A stretch of DNA of 64,000 bases. Origin: Ignavibacteria bacterium GWF2_33_9 (GTDB taxonomy: Bacteria; Bacteroidota; Ignavibacteria; Kapaibacteriales; UBA2268). Shown in pieces: positions 28,433-37,540 of the stretch. Position numbers and translations under genes: made by a program. The notes beneath the pieces are model-generated. The model was not told where the DNA came from, did no database searches, and was given only the letters and a program-made list of their open reading frames with translations. Each line of letters begins with the position of its first letter. The stretch's first letter is position 1. The stretch lies in assembly GCA_001804565.1 (NCBI GenBank), contig MHAC01000008.1, positions 3,446 to 67,445 on the forward strand, written 5' to 3'.

Positions 28433-29854
28433 TTAAATAGATACAAAAATTATTGCGATAATTCCTATAAAAATCAGATAATTCAATCTGTCTTTCAGTA
28501 CTAATTCAAAAGGATTGTCGGATTCAGTGACTCGGGAAGTATTGAACCAAATTCGCATTATAAAAAGCAGTAGCAGCGGAGTAATGTAAATTAGGTACTT
28601 TGGATGAGAATATAATAATTTCACTTTGTCGCTTTGCGTATAAAGTATAAACACCAAAGCTGAGATGAATCCCAAAGACAATCCGGAAAATAGCAGCATT
28701 GGTTCATCCGTTATGTGGTAACCTCTCACTTTTTTTCTGTCAATTCCCCTTGCCTGCAGTAATTTAATTTCTGCATAACGTTTCAGAATAGCGAAACTCA
28801 GAAAAGTGAATATTGCGAATGAAATCATCCAGTCGGACTGAGCAACTTCTGCCAAAATTCCTCCGGCAACCAATCTTAAAGTATAAAATGACGAAAGAAG
28901 GATAATGTCCAAAATAGCTTCATTTTTCAGATATTTGGAATAAACAAAATTCAGTACATAGTAAGATATTAAAATTATCACAAATTTGTAATTACCCAAA
29001 AATGATGCAAGTGCTATACCACCTATTACAAAAAATATTGCCATATAAAAAGCATTTGGTAAATGTATAGCTCCGGAAGCAATAGGGCGGAATTTCTTAA
29101 TGGGGTGCATCCTGTCAGCTTCCAAATCATTCAGGTCATTCATAAGATATACTGATGAACTCACCATGCTGAATGCCAAAAAACCTAAGAAAAGAAGAAA
29201 TAATGTGTTCAAATCATGATTTAGAGCAAGTAAAAACGGAATGAACAATAAAGTGTTTTTCAACCATTGTTTCACCCTGATGGCACGAATAAAGTTCTGA
29301 AATTTCGTGGATTGAGGATAAAATACTTTTACGACATTAGTAATTTTTTTTGTACGGTTCAGTAAATCTTTTGAAGGTTCAACCAGTATTGCATTTTCAG
29401 CATGCTTCCAAACACCTAAGTCCACGTAAGAATCACCAATATAATCAAATCCCTTGTCTCCATATAATTCCACAAGCTTTGCAGCTTTGTTTTTGCCACG
29501 CAAATTGTATTCAGGTGTCGTTGCTATCACATTATCGAAAATACCGATATGATTAGCAACAGGAATTGCATTTTCTGAATAAGAAGCAGTAGCCATGATA
29601 ATTTCACGACCTTTGCTCTTTTCCTCTTTTACGAAATCAATTACTTCTTCTCTATAAGGTAAATATTGAGGATTTAACGATGTACGTTTGAAAACTTCCT
29701 GTTTAACAACTGCAAATCCTTTAAGCACCCAGTAAATCACAGCGAAAATCATAAAAGGATTATTCTTTATCACCTGGAATGTTTGCTCCATGAGTATATC
29801 CGAAGCAATCAGAGTTCCGTCAAGATCCACAATCAAGGGCTTATTTTTCAGCAT
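28433..29854 (-). CDS. HAD-phosphatase / UbiA-family prenyltransferase fusion protein
   Basis: The N-terminal MLKNKPLIVDLDGTL is HAD motif I. The C-terminal half has about 8 TM helices and the UbiA signature LMNDLNDLEADRMHPIKKFRPIASG (NDxxDxxxD). The ATG at 29854 is preferred over the upstream ATG at 29896. Confidence 0.65.
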   Translation of the reverse strand: MLKNKPLIVDLDGTLIASDILMEQTFQVIKNNPFMIFAVIYWVLKGFAVVKQEVFKRTSLNPQYLPYREEVIDFVKEEKSKGREIIMATASYSENAIPVANHIGIFDNVIATTPEYNLRGKNKAAKLVELYGDKGFDYIGDSYVDLGVWKHAENAILVEPSKDLLNRTKKITNVVKVFYPQSTKFQNFIRAIRVKQWLKNTLLFIPFLLALNHDLNTLFLLFLGFLAFSMVSSSVYLMNDLNDLEADRMHPIKKFRPIASGAIHLPNAFYMAIFFVIGGIALASFLGNYKFVIILISYYVLNFVYSKYLKNEAILDIILLSSFYTLRLVAGGILAEVAQSDWMISFAIFTFLSFAILKRYAEIKLLQARGIDRKKVRGYHITDEPMLLFSGLSLGFISALVFILYTQSDKVKLLYSHPKYLIYITPLLLLFIMRIWFNTSRVTESDNPFELVLKDRLNYLIFIGIIAIIFVSI

Positions 29855-29977
29855 AAAAAATAGAAATTGATTTTTCTTAAAAATATAAATTAACAAAAAA
29901 AGTCATAATATTTTGTTTTTATTAATATTATATGAAAAAGAGTTTATAAATTTGTAAATTCTCTATTTGGAAATTAA

Positions 29978-30451
29978 ATGGAAATTATTTTTAACGAAAC
30001 AGAATTAAAAGAAGTAGAAAAAATTAAATCGAAATACCCAACCGATCAATCAGCATTGATGGGCGTATTGTGGTTGGCTCAAAAGAAATTCGGGTGGATT
30101 TCAAATGATGTTATGGCTTATGTTGCAGGATTATTGAATCTTTCCCCTGCTCACGTTGAAGGTGTTGCCCGCTTTTACACAATGTACTTCAAAAAACCGA
30201 TGGGTAAATATCATGTGCAAGTATGCACAAATGTGTCCTGTATGCTCCGAGGCGGAGAAAATATCTGGGAATTCATGAAGGATAAACTCAGTATCGGTCA
30301 CATGGAAGTTACTCCCGACGGAAAATTTTCACTTGAAGAAGTGGAATGTATGGGTGCTTGTGGCGGTGCTCCTATGATTGCAATTAATGAAGATTATTAC
30401 GAAAATATTTCAATAAATAGAATTGAACAAGTACTTAGTACTTTAGAATAA
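29978..30451 (+). CDS. NuoE-like thioredoxin-fold [2Fe-2S] protein (NADH dehydrogenase 24-kDa subunit family), not in a nuo operon
   Basis: ALMGVLWLAQKKFGWIS...VARFYTMYF...YHVQVCTNVSCMLRGG...ECMGACGGAPMIAIN carries the four-Cys [2Fe-2S] ligand pattern of NuoE/HoxF. Confidence 0.7.
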   Translation: MEIIFNETELKEVEKIKSKYPTDQSALMGVLWLAQKKFGWISNDVMAYVAGLLNLSPAHVEGVARFYTMYFKKPMGKYHVQVCTNVSCMLRGGENIWEFMKDKLSIGHMEVTPDGKFSLEEVECMGACGGAPMIAINEDYYENISINRIEQVLSTLE

Positions 30452-30544
30452 ATTTTACATACTGAATACACAAAAAAATATGTTGCTCATTTGTAACTTT
30501 TTATTGTTTTATTTGTTTATACATTTGTAATTAAGAAGTATTAA

Positions 30545-31408
30545 TTGAAAAGAACATCATTCATATTATTCATACCTTTTGCACTATTTTCAATAGTAAA
30601 TATAGTGTTTAATTTGGGATTCGAGAATATTTTAAGCTTGAATCCTTTTCTGGTGCAAACAAAAAGTGAAATTTGGAGAATTTTCACATTCCCATTTGTA
30701 GATACTTCCTTTATGTCAATTTTTGTGCTCGGATCAACTTTGTACCTTTTCCTGCCGCAGCTTTCGAGGTATTTCACAATATTCCAGTTGTCGGCTTTAC
30801 TCTTTCTGTTAATTTTACTCCAAGGTGCAGTTCAGCTATTGGGTTTTTGGGGAACAAATATTTCATTTGGAGGTTACAGCTCAATTTCTTCATTTTATCT
30901 TGTTCTGACAATTCTGATTTTCCCGAAGGAAAAATTTCGTGACTCCGAATTCCCAAGAATTTCCAATATACAAATTATACTCTTGCTTATTGCTGCATAT
31001 TTATTTGCTGGATTAGGAAGTATTATTAATGGTGAACCTTCTGCGGTCATTGCATATCTCTTCCCTATGATTTTCGGAACATCAATTGCATTTTTAACAG
31101 TATTACAAATATATCTTTTCCGCAAATATTTCCTGCCGAAACGACAAGCACGTTCAATTGCTGAAATAGCAGAATTACTTTCCCAGGCACGTGAATCAAT
31201 GCGTCAAATGGAAATGGTTGATGAAACAGTTTCAGAAACAGGATATCAGCATAAAAGAGTTAATGAATATTCATACAGTCTTTCCGATGACCCAAGTGAA
31301 AATGAAAACCAACTTAATGAAATATTGGACAAAATTTCCGCAAAGGGTCAGAATTCGCTCACTCCTGATGAAATTCATTTTTTAAGTCAAATTTCGAAAA
31401 ATCTCTAA
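30545..31408 (+). CDS. hypothetical polytopic membrane protein with C-terminal cytoplasmic tail
   Basis: TTG start, about 6 TM helices, and a charged C-terminal 80 aa. Confidence 0.4.
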   Translation: MKRTSFILFIPFALFSIVNIVFNLGFENILSLNPFLVQTKSEIWRIFTFPFVDTSFMSIFVLGSTLYLFLPQLSRYFTIFQLSALLFLLILLQGAVQLLGFWGTNISFGGYSSISSFYLVLTILIFPKEKFRDSEFPRISNIQIILLLIAAYLFAGLGSIINGEPSAVIAYLFPMIFGTSIAFLTVLQIYLFRKYFLPKRQARSIAEIAELLSQARESMRQMEMVDETVSETGYQHKRVNEYSYSLSDDPSENENQLNEILDKISAKGQNSLTPDEIHFLSQISKNL

Positions 31409-31731
31409 TTAAAATTCCTAATTACTTTAATAACTCTTCCGATGATTTTGAAATCATCTTGTTCAGTTATGGGAATTGGTGAATATTTGGGATTTTGCGG
31501 CATAAGGAATACTCCGTTTTCATTTTCGATAAATGTTTTCACTGTCCATTTGCCATTTATTTCTGCAATGATTATTGTATCCAAATTATTACCGAAAGTG
31601 CGGTCAACCAAAAGAAAATCTCCTGTTTTGATTCCCGCATTTATCATTGAATCTCCTTTAACTCGTATCATAAAATACTTACTTTGACCAACTGAGACTT
31701 TATCTAAGGTGTTTTCGTAATCGTTTTTCAT
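31405..31731 (-). CDS. S24 (LexA/UmuD-like) self-cleaving peptidase domain protein
   Basis: 108 aa. FMIRVKGDSMINAGIKTGDFLLVD contains the Ser nucleophile (GDSM), and a downstream Lys lies in KWTVKTF. There is no N-terminal DNA-binding domain, so it is UmuD-like. Confidence 0.65.
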   Translation of the reverse strand: MKNDYENTLDKVSVGQSKYFMIRVKGDSMINAGIKTGDFLLVDRTFGNNLDTIIIAEINGKWTVKTFIENENGVFLMPQNPKYSPIPITEQDDFKIIGRVIKVIRNFN

Positions 31732-31791
31732 TAAATTTTCGTATATCTTTTATACGAAAATCACAAAAAATGTGCCAAAAAAAGTCAGGGA

Positions 31792-32820
31792 TTATAATTT
31801 GGATAGTATATTGGCGAAAGTGCTGGCAAAACTTATCATTTTTGGATAATCCATTCTTTTCGGTCCTATGATTCCCATCGAACCAAGTGCATTTCCGTAA
31901 TTATATGTGGTTAGTACCATCCCATAATCATTGAATAGACTATTATCAATTTCCTTACCGATGAGAACTTTCACCTTGGAATGTTCATCAGCTTTTTCGA
32001 GTAAATGTATTATGACATCCTGATTTTCGAGCAATTCTACTATTGTGCGAACTTTGGATAAATTTCCGAATTCCGGATAAGTGAGTAGATTTGTTGCACC
32101 GGAATGAAGAACCTTTTCTCCGGGATTCAGATTTTGTACAATTTTGTCTAGAGAATTTGTGAAAAGCCTTATTACAGGTTTATCTGTAAAATCTTTTTCC
32201 TTAATTATGGATTCAAAATTTTCCCGAATATATTTCAAGGGTTTGCCTGCTAATTTTTCATTCAGTGCGGCATTAATTTCCTCCAGCATATATCTGTCCA
32301 ACAGGAAAGATGATTCCAATGTAACTGTCCTGACAAAATTAGAATCAATGGAAATTATAACCAGCAAACGTTTTTCAGTAATAGGGACAAGTTCAAGATT
32401 CGTAACAGTGCAATTTTTGATTTCGGGCATCTGAATAATTGCCAAACTATTGGAAAGCCAACTGAGCATCTTCGTTGTGGATTTGAATAATGTATCATAA
32501 TCCTTAGAAGCTAATTCTTCGCTGTATTTATGTAAATCATTTGGATTCAACTTTCCAACTTCGTTCAAATTGTCCACGTAAAATCTATATCCTTTGTCCG
32601 TGGGCACCCTTCCTGCAGATGTATGAGGGTGCGAAATATATTCAAGTTCTTCCAAGTCCGACATCAAATTCCTAAGTGTGGAAGCACTCAATCCCAATTC
32701 ATTTTCCAAATGTCGGGCAAGAGTTCTGGATCCAATTGGCTCACCTTTCAGAATATATAATTGTATAATCTTACTTAGGACTTGTCTTTCTCTATATTTT
32801 AATTCTTCAATATTCTTCAA
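31792..32820 (-). CDS. hrcA: heat-inducible transcription repressor HrcA
   Basis: N-terminal winged HTH RERQVLSKIIQLYILKGEPIGSRTLA...GLSASTLRNLMSDLEELEYISHPHTSAGRVPTDKGYRFYVD is the classic HrcA sequence. Confidence 0.85.
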   Translation of the reverse strand: MKNIEELKYRERQVLSKIIQLYILKGEPIGSRTLARHLENELGLSASTLRNLMSDLEELEYISHPHTSAGRVPTDKGYRFYVDNLNEVGKLNPNDLHKYSEELASKDYDTLFKSTTKMLSWLSNSLAIIQMPEIKNCTVTNLELVPITEKRLLVIISIDSNFVRTVTLESSFLLDRYMLEEINAALNEKLAGKPLKYIRENFESIIKEKDFTDKPVIRLFTNSLDKIVQNLNPGEKVLHSGATNLLTYPEFGNLSKVRTIVELLENQDVIIHLLEKADEHSKVKVLIGKEIDNSLFNDYGMVLTTYNYGNALGSMGIIGPKRMDYPKMISFASTFANILSKL

Positions 32821-33311
32821 AATCCGTACTTTTCTTTTAGTTTTTCAGCTACAAATACTGGTACAAATTCGCTAACGTCATGGTCGTAACGACCAATTTC
32901 ACGAATAATACTTGAGTTTAGATACGTATATTTTTCATTTGGAAGCAAAAATACCGTATGAACATTGGGTGCAAGTTTCCTGTTCATTAATGCAATTTGC
33001 AATTCATATTCATAATCGCTAATTGCACGAATACCACGGACAATTGCTGCGGCATTCAGTTCTATGGCGCATTCCACAGTCAATCCCTGATATGTAATTA
33101 CTTCCACATTGGGTAAATCTTTCAGACTCTCACGAGCCATTACGAGTCTTTCTTCTTCACTAAAAAGAGTGGATTTTTGGGAATTGACCGCAATCACAAC
33201 ATAAACTTTGCCAAAGAGGTCTGCGGCTCTCTCTATCACGTCCACATGCCCATTTGTAATCGGGTCAAATGTACCTGGATATATTGCTATTTTACTTATA
33301 TTTTCTTCCAT
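32817..33311 (-). CDS. coaD: pantetheine-phosphate adenylyltransferase
   Basis: IAIYPGTFDPITNGHVDVIERA (T/HxGH nucleotidyltransferase motif). 164 aa. Confidence 0.85.
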   Translation of the reverse strand: MEENISKIAIYPGTFDPITNGHVDVIERAADLFGKVYVVIAVNSQKSTLFSEEERLVMARESLKDLPNVEVITYQGLTVECAIELNAAAIVRGIRAISDYEYELQIALMNRKLAPNVHTVFLLPNEKYTYLNSSIIREIGRYDHDVSEFVPVFVAEKLKEKYGF

Positions 33312-33473
33312 AATTTTTTAGATATTGATTATTAAATTAATTTAACCAAAGCATAAAAAAGTAAAATTATAAAAAATTATACTATTATAATAATGTCTTT
33401 GAAAAAAACATTAATTCTCAAAAAATTCTTAATTTGCAAATTCTTATGAATTGAAAAAAGAAATTTTGAAATT

Positions 33474-34271
33474 ATGTCTCAAGATAAATATAATGCAACG
33501 GTAGTTGGAAAAATAATACTAACACCTGATTTGATGGTTTTAAGACTAAGAACAGACGAACCAAGAAATGAATTCAAAGCAGGTCAATACACTACAATTG
33601 GGCTGTTAGCAAAAGAAAGCAGATCTCAGAATTCATCTATCCCAATTGACACACTGGAAGATGATTTTTTGATTAAGCGGCCTTATTCAATCGCATCTGC
33701 AAATACTGCAACCCGAGATTTTGAATTTTACATCAGTCAAGTTAAATCCGGACAGCTCACTCCCCGACTCTTCAATTTAAATCAGGGTGACAGAATGTGG
33801 ATTGATGATAAGATTTTAGGTATTTTCTCTTTGCACGATACACCACCTCAAACAAATATAGTAATGATTGCAACAGGTACAGGACTTGCTCCATATATCA
33901 GTTTTCTACGTTCACACTTGAGTGAACATCCGAAAATTAAGCTTGCAATCTTCCATGGTGCTGCCTACCCTTGGGATTTAGGTTATATGAGTGAACTTTC
34001 ATTCATTGAAAATTTATTCCCTAATTTTCATTATTTCCCAACGTTGCTCAAAGCGGATCCAACCTGGACGGGTTTGACAGGTTATATTGAAAATCATCTT
34101 GAAAGTAATTTACTAAAATCAGTAGGAATTGAGATTAATCCTGATAAAACTCACTTTTTCCTTTGCGGTAATCCTAAAATGGTGGAAAGTGTTTCAAATT
34201 TTCTTTTCAAACATAATTATTCAAAACATTGCGACAATAAACCAGGTGCATTGCATATTGAGGAATATTAA
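33474..34271 (+). CDS. ferredoxin--NADP(+) reductase (FNR family)
   Basis: RPYSIAS (RxYS FAD-binding motif) and MIATGTGLAPY (NADP-binding GTGxAP). Confidence 0.7.
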   Translation: MSQDKYNATVVGKIILTPDLMVLRLRTDEPRNEFKAGQYTTIGLLAKESRSQNSSIPIDTLEDDFLIKRPYSIASANTATRDFEFYISQVKSGQLTPRLFNLNQGDRMWIDDKILGIFSLHDTPPQTNIVMIATGTGLAPYISFLRSHLSEHPKIKLAIFHGAAYPWDLGYMSELSFIENLFPNFHYFPTLLKADPTWTGLTGYIENHLESNLLKSVGIEINPDKTHFFLCGNPKMVESVSNFLFKHNYSKHCDNKPGALHIEEY

Positions 34272-34273
34272 TT

Positions 34274-34918
34274 ATGTTTAATAAGTCTTCTAAATATATT
34301 ACTGTTGTGAAATTTCTTGCTTTAGCCATGATTTTCATATTAACTGCATCCAGTTGTATTTTCGTTAAAGTAAAAGAAAAACCTGTTGAAGAAGTTTTCG
34401 TGGACGTGATCCAGAAGCCTGAAATTGAAATGAACGAAGATGCATTACGCTCTACAAAAGGGGATATGATTTCTTTAATCCCTAAAAATTGGTTTTTTGT
34501 TGATTTAGGAGAAAATACTCCACGTGACATTTTCGCAATTGCCGTAAATCCCCAATATACTCTTTCTGTTGTATTCTCTACTTATCCTTCCAATGAAGTG
34601 ATTGATGAAATTTTCAAGGCTCAGAATTTGATAGGTTTATCGAATTATTCATTCGACAAAAAGCAGAAAAAAGCCATGGGTGGGTTGATTAAGGAAAAGC
34701 GTATTTCTACAATAAAATCGGGTAATTTGAATTTTGTTGTGTACAATTACAGAACTAAAACCCAGCCGATTTACTCCCAAACTGCTGTTTTCAAATCTTC
34801 TAACGGAGCGATTTATGAAATTAGTTTGGTACCAATGAATATTTCCGGCTATTCCCTGCCTCCTGAAAAAGATATCGAAACAATATTTAAATCAATTCTA
34901 GCTACCGTAAGGTATTAA
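34274..34918 (+). CDS. hypothetical lipoprotein
   Basis: Signal peptide with ...LTASSC lipobox. Start lies 3 nt after the FNR stop. Confidence 0.45.
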   Translation: MFNKSSKYITVVKFLALAMIFILTASSCIFVKVKEKPVEEVFVDVIQKPEIEMNEDALRSTKGDMISLIPKNWFFVDLGENTPRDIFAIAVNPQYTLSVVFSTYPSNEVIDEIFKAQNLIGLSNYSFDKKQKKAMGGLIKEKRISTIKSGNLNFVVYNYRTKTQPIYSQTAVFKSSNGAIYEISLVPMNISGYSLPPEKDIETIFKSILATVRY

Positions 34919-34930
34919 ACTTTTATAAAC

Positions 34931-34960
34931 AAACGAAAAGGGGCGTTAAGCCCTTTTTTT
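34931..34960 (+). terminator. probable intrinsic terminator
   Basis: AAAAGGGGC-gttaa-GCCCTTTTTTT, a short stem plus T7. Confidence 0.5.
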
Positions 34961-35076
34961 GTAATGTAATTCTGAACGAAGTGAAAAATCCATTTTTTTT
35001 GAATACAACACACTCCTAAATCTTCACTTATTAGAGGGGAACAAATGCATTCGGAATTACTGCAACAGACTAATAT

Positions 35077-36549
35077 CTATATTTTCACAAATTTAATTGC
35101 TGCTCTTTTCGTTCTATAATCAATAATTAATGTATAAAAACCTGATGGGAAATGAGTGAAATTAAGGTCTAATGGCACCCCTCTGTTAACATTGCCTCTA
35201 TATATTTCAGTGCTGTTACCCAGCAGGTCAACTATCTCAATCGTTGCAAATCCTGAAAACTCATTATTCGTTTGTAATCGTGCAAAATCAGAAACGGGAT
35301 TGGGATAGAGTGAATTTTTTTTTAGAGCAATTTCCTGAATTCCTACATCATCTGGAACACCATAGTATATATATACAAATGGTGCATTTGGCCATGGTTT
35401 ATTTGAAATTCTTGGATTTAAAACTAAGAATATTTCTCCTTTTTTTGTGACCGAGGGTGATGCATATGCATAATAATTATAATCATAAATTGTATCAAGA
35501 ATAGGCATGGGAACAAAAGAAAATGTTTCTCCAAAATCATCAGATATCATCAGACTGTCAATATTAAGAGTATCACTAAATCCAAATCCATATGAAGAAC
35601 AACCCAATTTACAAACAATATAATTATTATTACTACAAGCCATTAAAGTAATTGGATTCATACCACCATAAACATTAAGATAGTTCAGTAAATACGTTTT
35701 TTGAGAATTGTTTTTTTCATCATAACCAAAAAGACCATAAATACTTGTTTCATTAATCAAACTATCCCGAATTACATGAGAATAAATAAATTTTCCATCA
35801 TTTAGTTCAATCTGTTTATAAATACTAAATTGTTCTTTATCAAAAAAACATAATTTAATATTCTTAAATAAATCAGTAGTAGAATATAAATTATTAAATG
35901 TTGAAATTAGTATAGTATTACTCTTACTATCATATGTATAATCTTGGAAGGACATTAAATCTTTGTCTATAGCAATATTAAGTGAATCATCTGAAGATTG
36001 CCTGGGAATCAATTGAGTTAATGATTTTTCTTTAGAATCAAATATGAGTAAATAAGTTTGAACTTGGTCATTTGCCTTTATGAAATATTTTCCGTTTATA
36101 TATTCTCTTGGTCTAGTAAACGTCATATTTTTTTCATTAATAATATTAATAGTATCGACAATATTTGTGTGCAAATCTTTGATATATATATTACATAAGC
36201 TATCTTTCTTCATGCCTGTTATTATCAATTTATCGTTACTATCTATTATATAATCAATATAACTACCATTTTGTGGAAAAGCAATTTGCCAGCTTTTTCC
36301 ATTATCATCAGACTGATAAATGCTTCTTTGGTATAAAGTATAATATCCTCTGCCTCCAATGATTAATATACCATTTGAAGATTTTTGAATTTTCGAATAA
36401 ATATAATCAGAAGTGTCTTTAGTACCGTCTATACTTGCTAGTTTTGTCCATTTGTAATGTTTGGTTGAATAAATTTGAGCAGTTAAATTTGCTGAACAAA
36501 ATAATATCATTCCATAAAACATTAAAGTTATTATAACTGATGTTTTCAT
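35077..36549 (-). CDS. BNR/Asp-box repeat protein with T9SS C-terminal sorting domain
   Basis: Signal peptide. Asp-boxes SDDNGKSW and SDDFGETFS. The CTD is LYPNPVSDFARLQ...GFYTLIIDYRTKRAAIKFVKI. Confidence 0.6.
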   Translation of the reverse strand: MKTSVIITLMFYGMILFCSANLTAQIYSTKHYKWTKLASIDGTKDTSDYIYSKIQKSSNGILIIGGRGYYTLYQRSIYQSDDNGKSWQIAFPQNGSYIDYIIDSNDKLIITGMKKDSLCNIYIKDLHTNIVDTINIINEKNMTFTRPREYINGKYFIKANDQVQTYLLIFDSKEKSLTQLIPRQSSDDSLNIAIDKDLMSFQDYTYDSKSNTILISTFNNLYSTTDLFKNIKLCFFDKEQFSIYKQIELNDGKFIYSHVIRDSLINETSIYGLFGYDEKNNSQKTYLLNYLNVYGGMNPITLMACSNNNYIVCKLGCSSYGFGFSDTLNIDSLMISDDFGETFSFVPMPILDTIYDYNYYAYASPSVTKKGEIFLVLNPRISNKPWPNAPFVYIYYGVPDDVGIQEIALKKNSLYPNPVSDFARLQTNNEFSGFATIEIVDLLGNSTEIYRGNVNRGVPLDLNFTHFPSGFYTLIIDYRTKRAAIKFVKI

Positions 36550-36571
36550 TATATATATATTTTTTAGTTGT

Positions 36572-36597
36572 GGGGGGGGGAATTACCCTCCCCCTAC
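36572..36597 (-). repeat. G9 (sense C9) homopolymeric tract plus GC hairpin within 25 nt of the downstream gene's start
   Basis: The + strand reads TGGGGGGGGGAATTACCCTCCCCCTACCC, with G9 at 36572-36580. It lies in the 64-nt gap between the Cys-rich gene's stop and the BNR gene's ATG (36549). Confidence 0.6.
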
Positions 36598-36613
36598 CCA
36601 ATTTAATAATTTA

Positions 36614-37489
36614 TTATTTATTTATAATAAATTTTGTATTTGTAAGGATATGGGACTCATTTGTTATTCGTAAATTATATTTTCCATTAACAAATTTTGA
36701 TAAATCCAAAGTTAATTCATATGTGTCAGAAATCTTATTTATCATAATTTGATAAACTAATTTTCCAAGATTATTATAAATTTCTAAAGTAAATTCTTCT
36801 TTAGAAAAACCATTCAATGTGATCTTAAAATGCCCATCATTTGGATTAGGAATAATTGATGTTGTTAAATAAGCATCAATATTAATATCTTGAACAGGTT
36901 TTTTATATAAATAACCATTTGGGTCACAAATATAAGTACAATTATGTCCCTCCCAATCTAAACAACCAGTATGTTCTTGATCATCATCATCTCCAACAAA
37001 ATGTAAAATTCCATTTTCCACATAATAATAGCTTTTGCAGCAATATACATTATTGGGACAAGGTTGTGATTTAGGGAATGGACCAAGTAAATCTGAGGAC
37101 CAACAAGAAGATAAACTTAGTTTTACAATAGTTCCATCAACTAAATTAAAGGAAATTTTATTTAAAAATCCTTTTAATACTTGTTTTGCAAATTCAACGT
37201 CATTTGGCATATTCCAACAATTATATTGAAGACATGTATAATTGCCTTCCCAGTAGTCAATGTGAAACTGATATTCTTCAGGTGGAATATTGTTTGGACA
37301 ATTTGCAATTCTGTAATGATAATGAACTAATACTACGCAACCATAACAATTTGCTATCCATATTTCTTCTGTACCTTCTTGCCAATCGCCGGTACAATCA
37401 CCTAAATCACAAGGTGGCTCCCATTGCGATAATAATTGAAAATTTATACTAAACATTAGTACAATTAAAATTAATATGAATTTCTTCAT
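36614..37489 (-). CDS. cysteine-rich secreted protein with T9SS C-terminal sorting domain
   Basis: Signal peptide MKKFILILIVLMFSINFQLLSQ (ATG 37489). About 25 Cys residues in the mature region. The CTD is IIPNPNDGHFKITL...KYNLRITNESHILTNTKFIINK. Confidence 0.6.
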   Translation of the reverse strand: MKKFILILIVLMFSINFQLLSQWEPPCDLGDCTGDWQEGTEEIWIANCYGCVVLVHYHYRIANCPNNIPPEEYQFHIDYWEGNYTCLQYNCWNMPNDVEFAKQVLKGFLNKISFNLVDGTIVKLSLSSCWSSDLLGPFPKSQPCPNNVYCCKSYYYVENGILHFVGDDDDQEHTGCLDWEGHNCTYICDPNGYLYKKPVQDINIDAYLTTSIIPNPNDGHFKITLNGFSKEEFTLEIYNNLGKLVYQIMINKISDTYELTLDLSKFVNGKYNLRITNESHILTNTKFIINK

Positions 37490-37540
37490 TTTTGTAACTC
37501 CTAATTGTTTTAAAAGATTAAAAAAGTCTTTTTTTCTTCT

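Noticed and set aside
33311-33473. CIRCE element (HrcA operator) search upstream of coaD-hrcA
   Set aside because: No TTAGCACTC-N9-GAGTGCTAA-like inverted repeat was found in the region by eye, so no regulatory feature was called.
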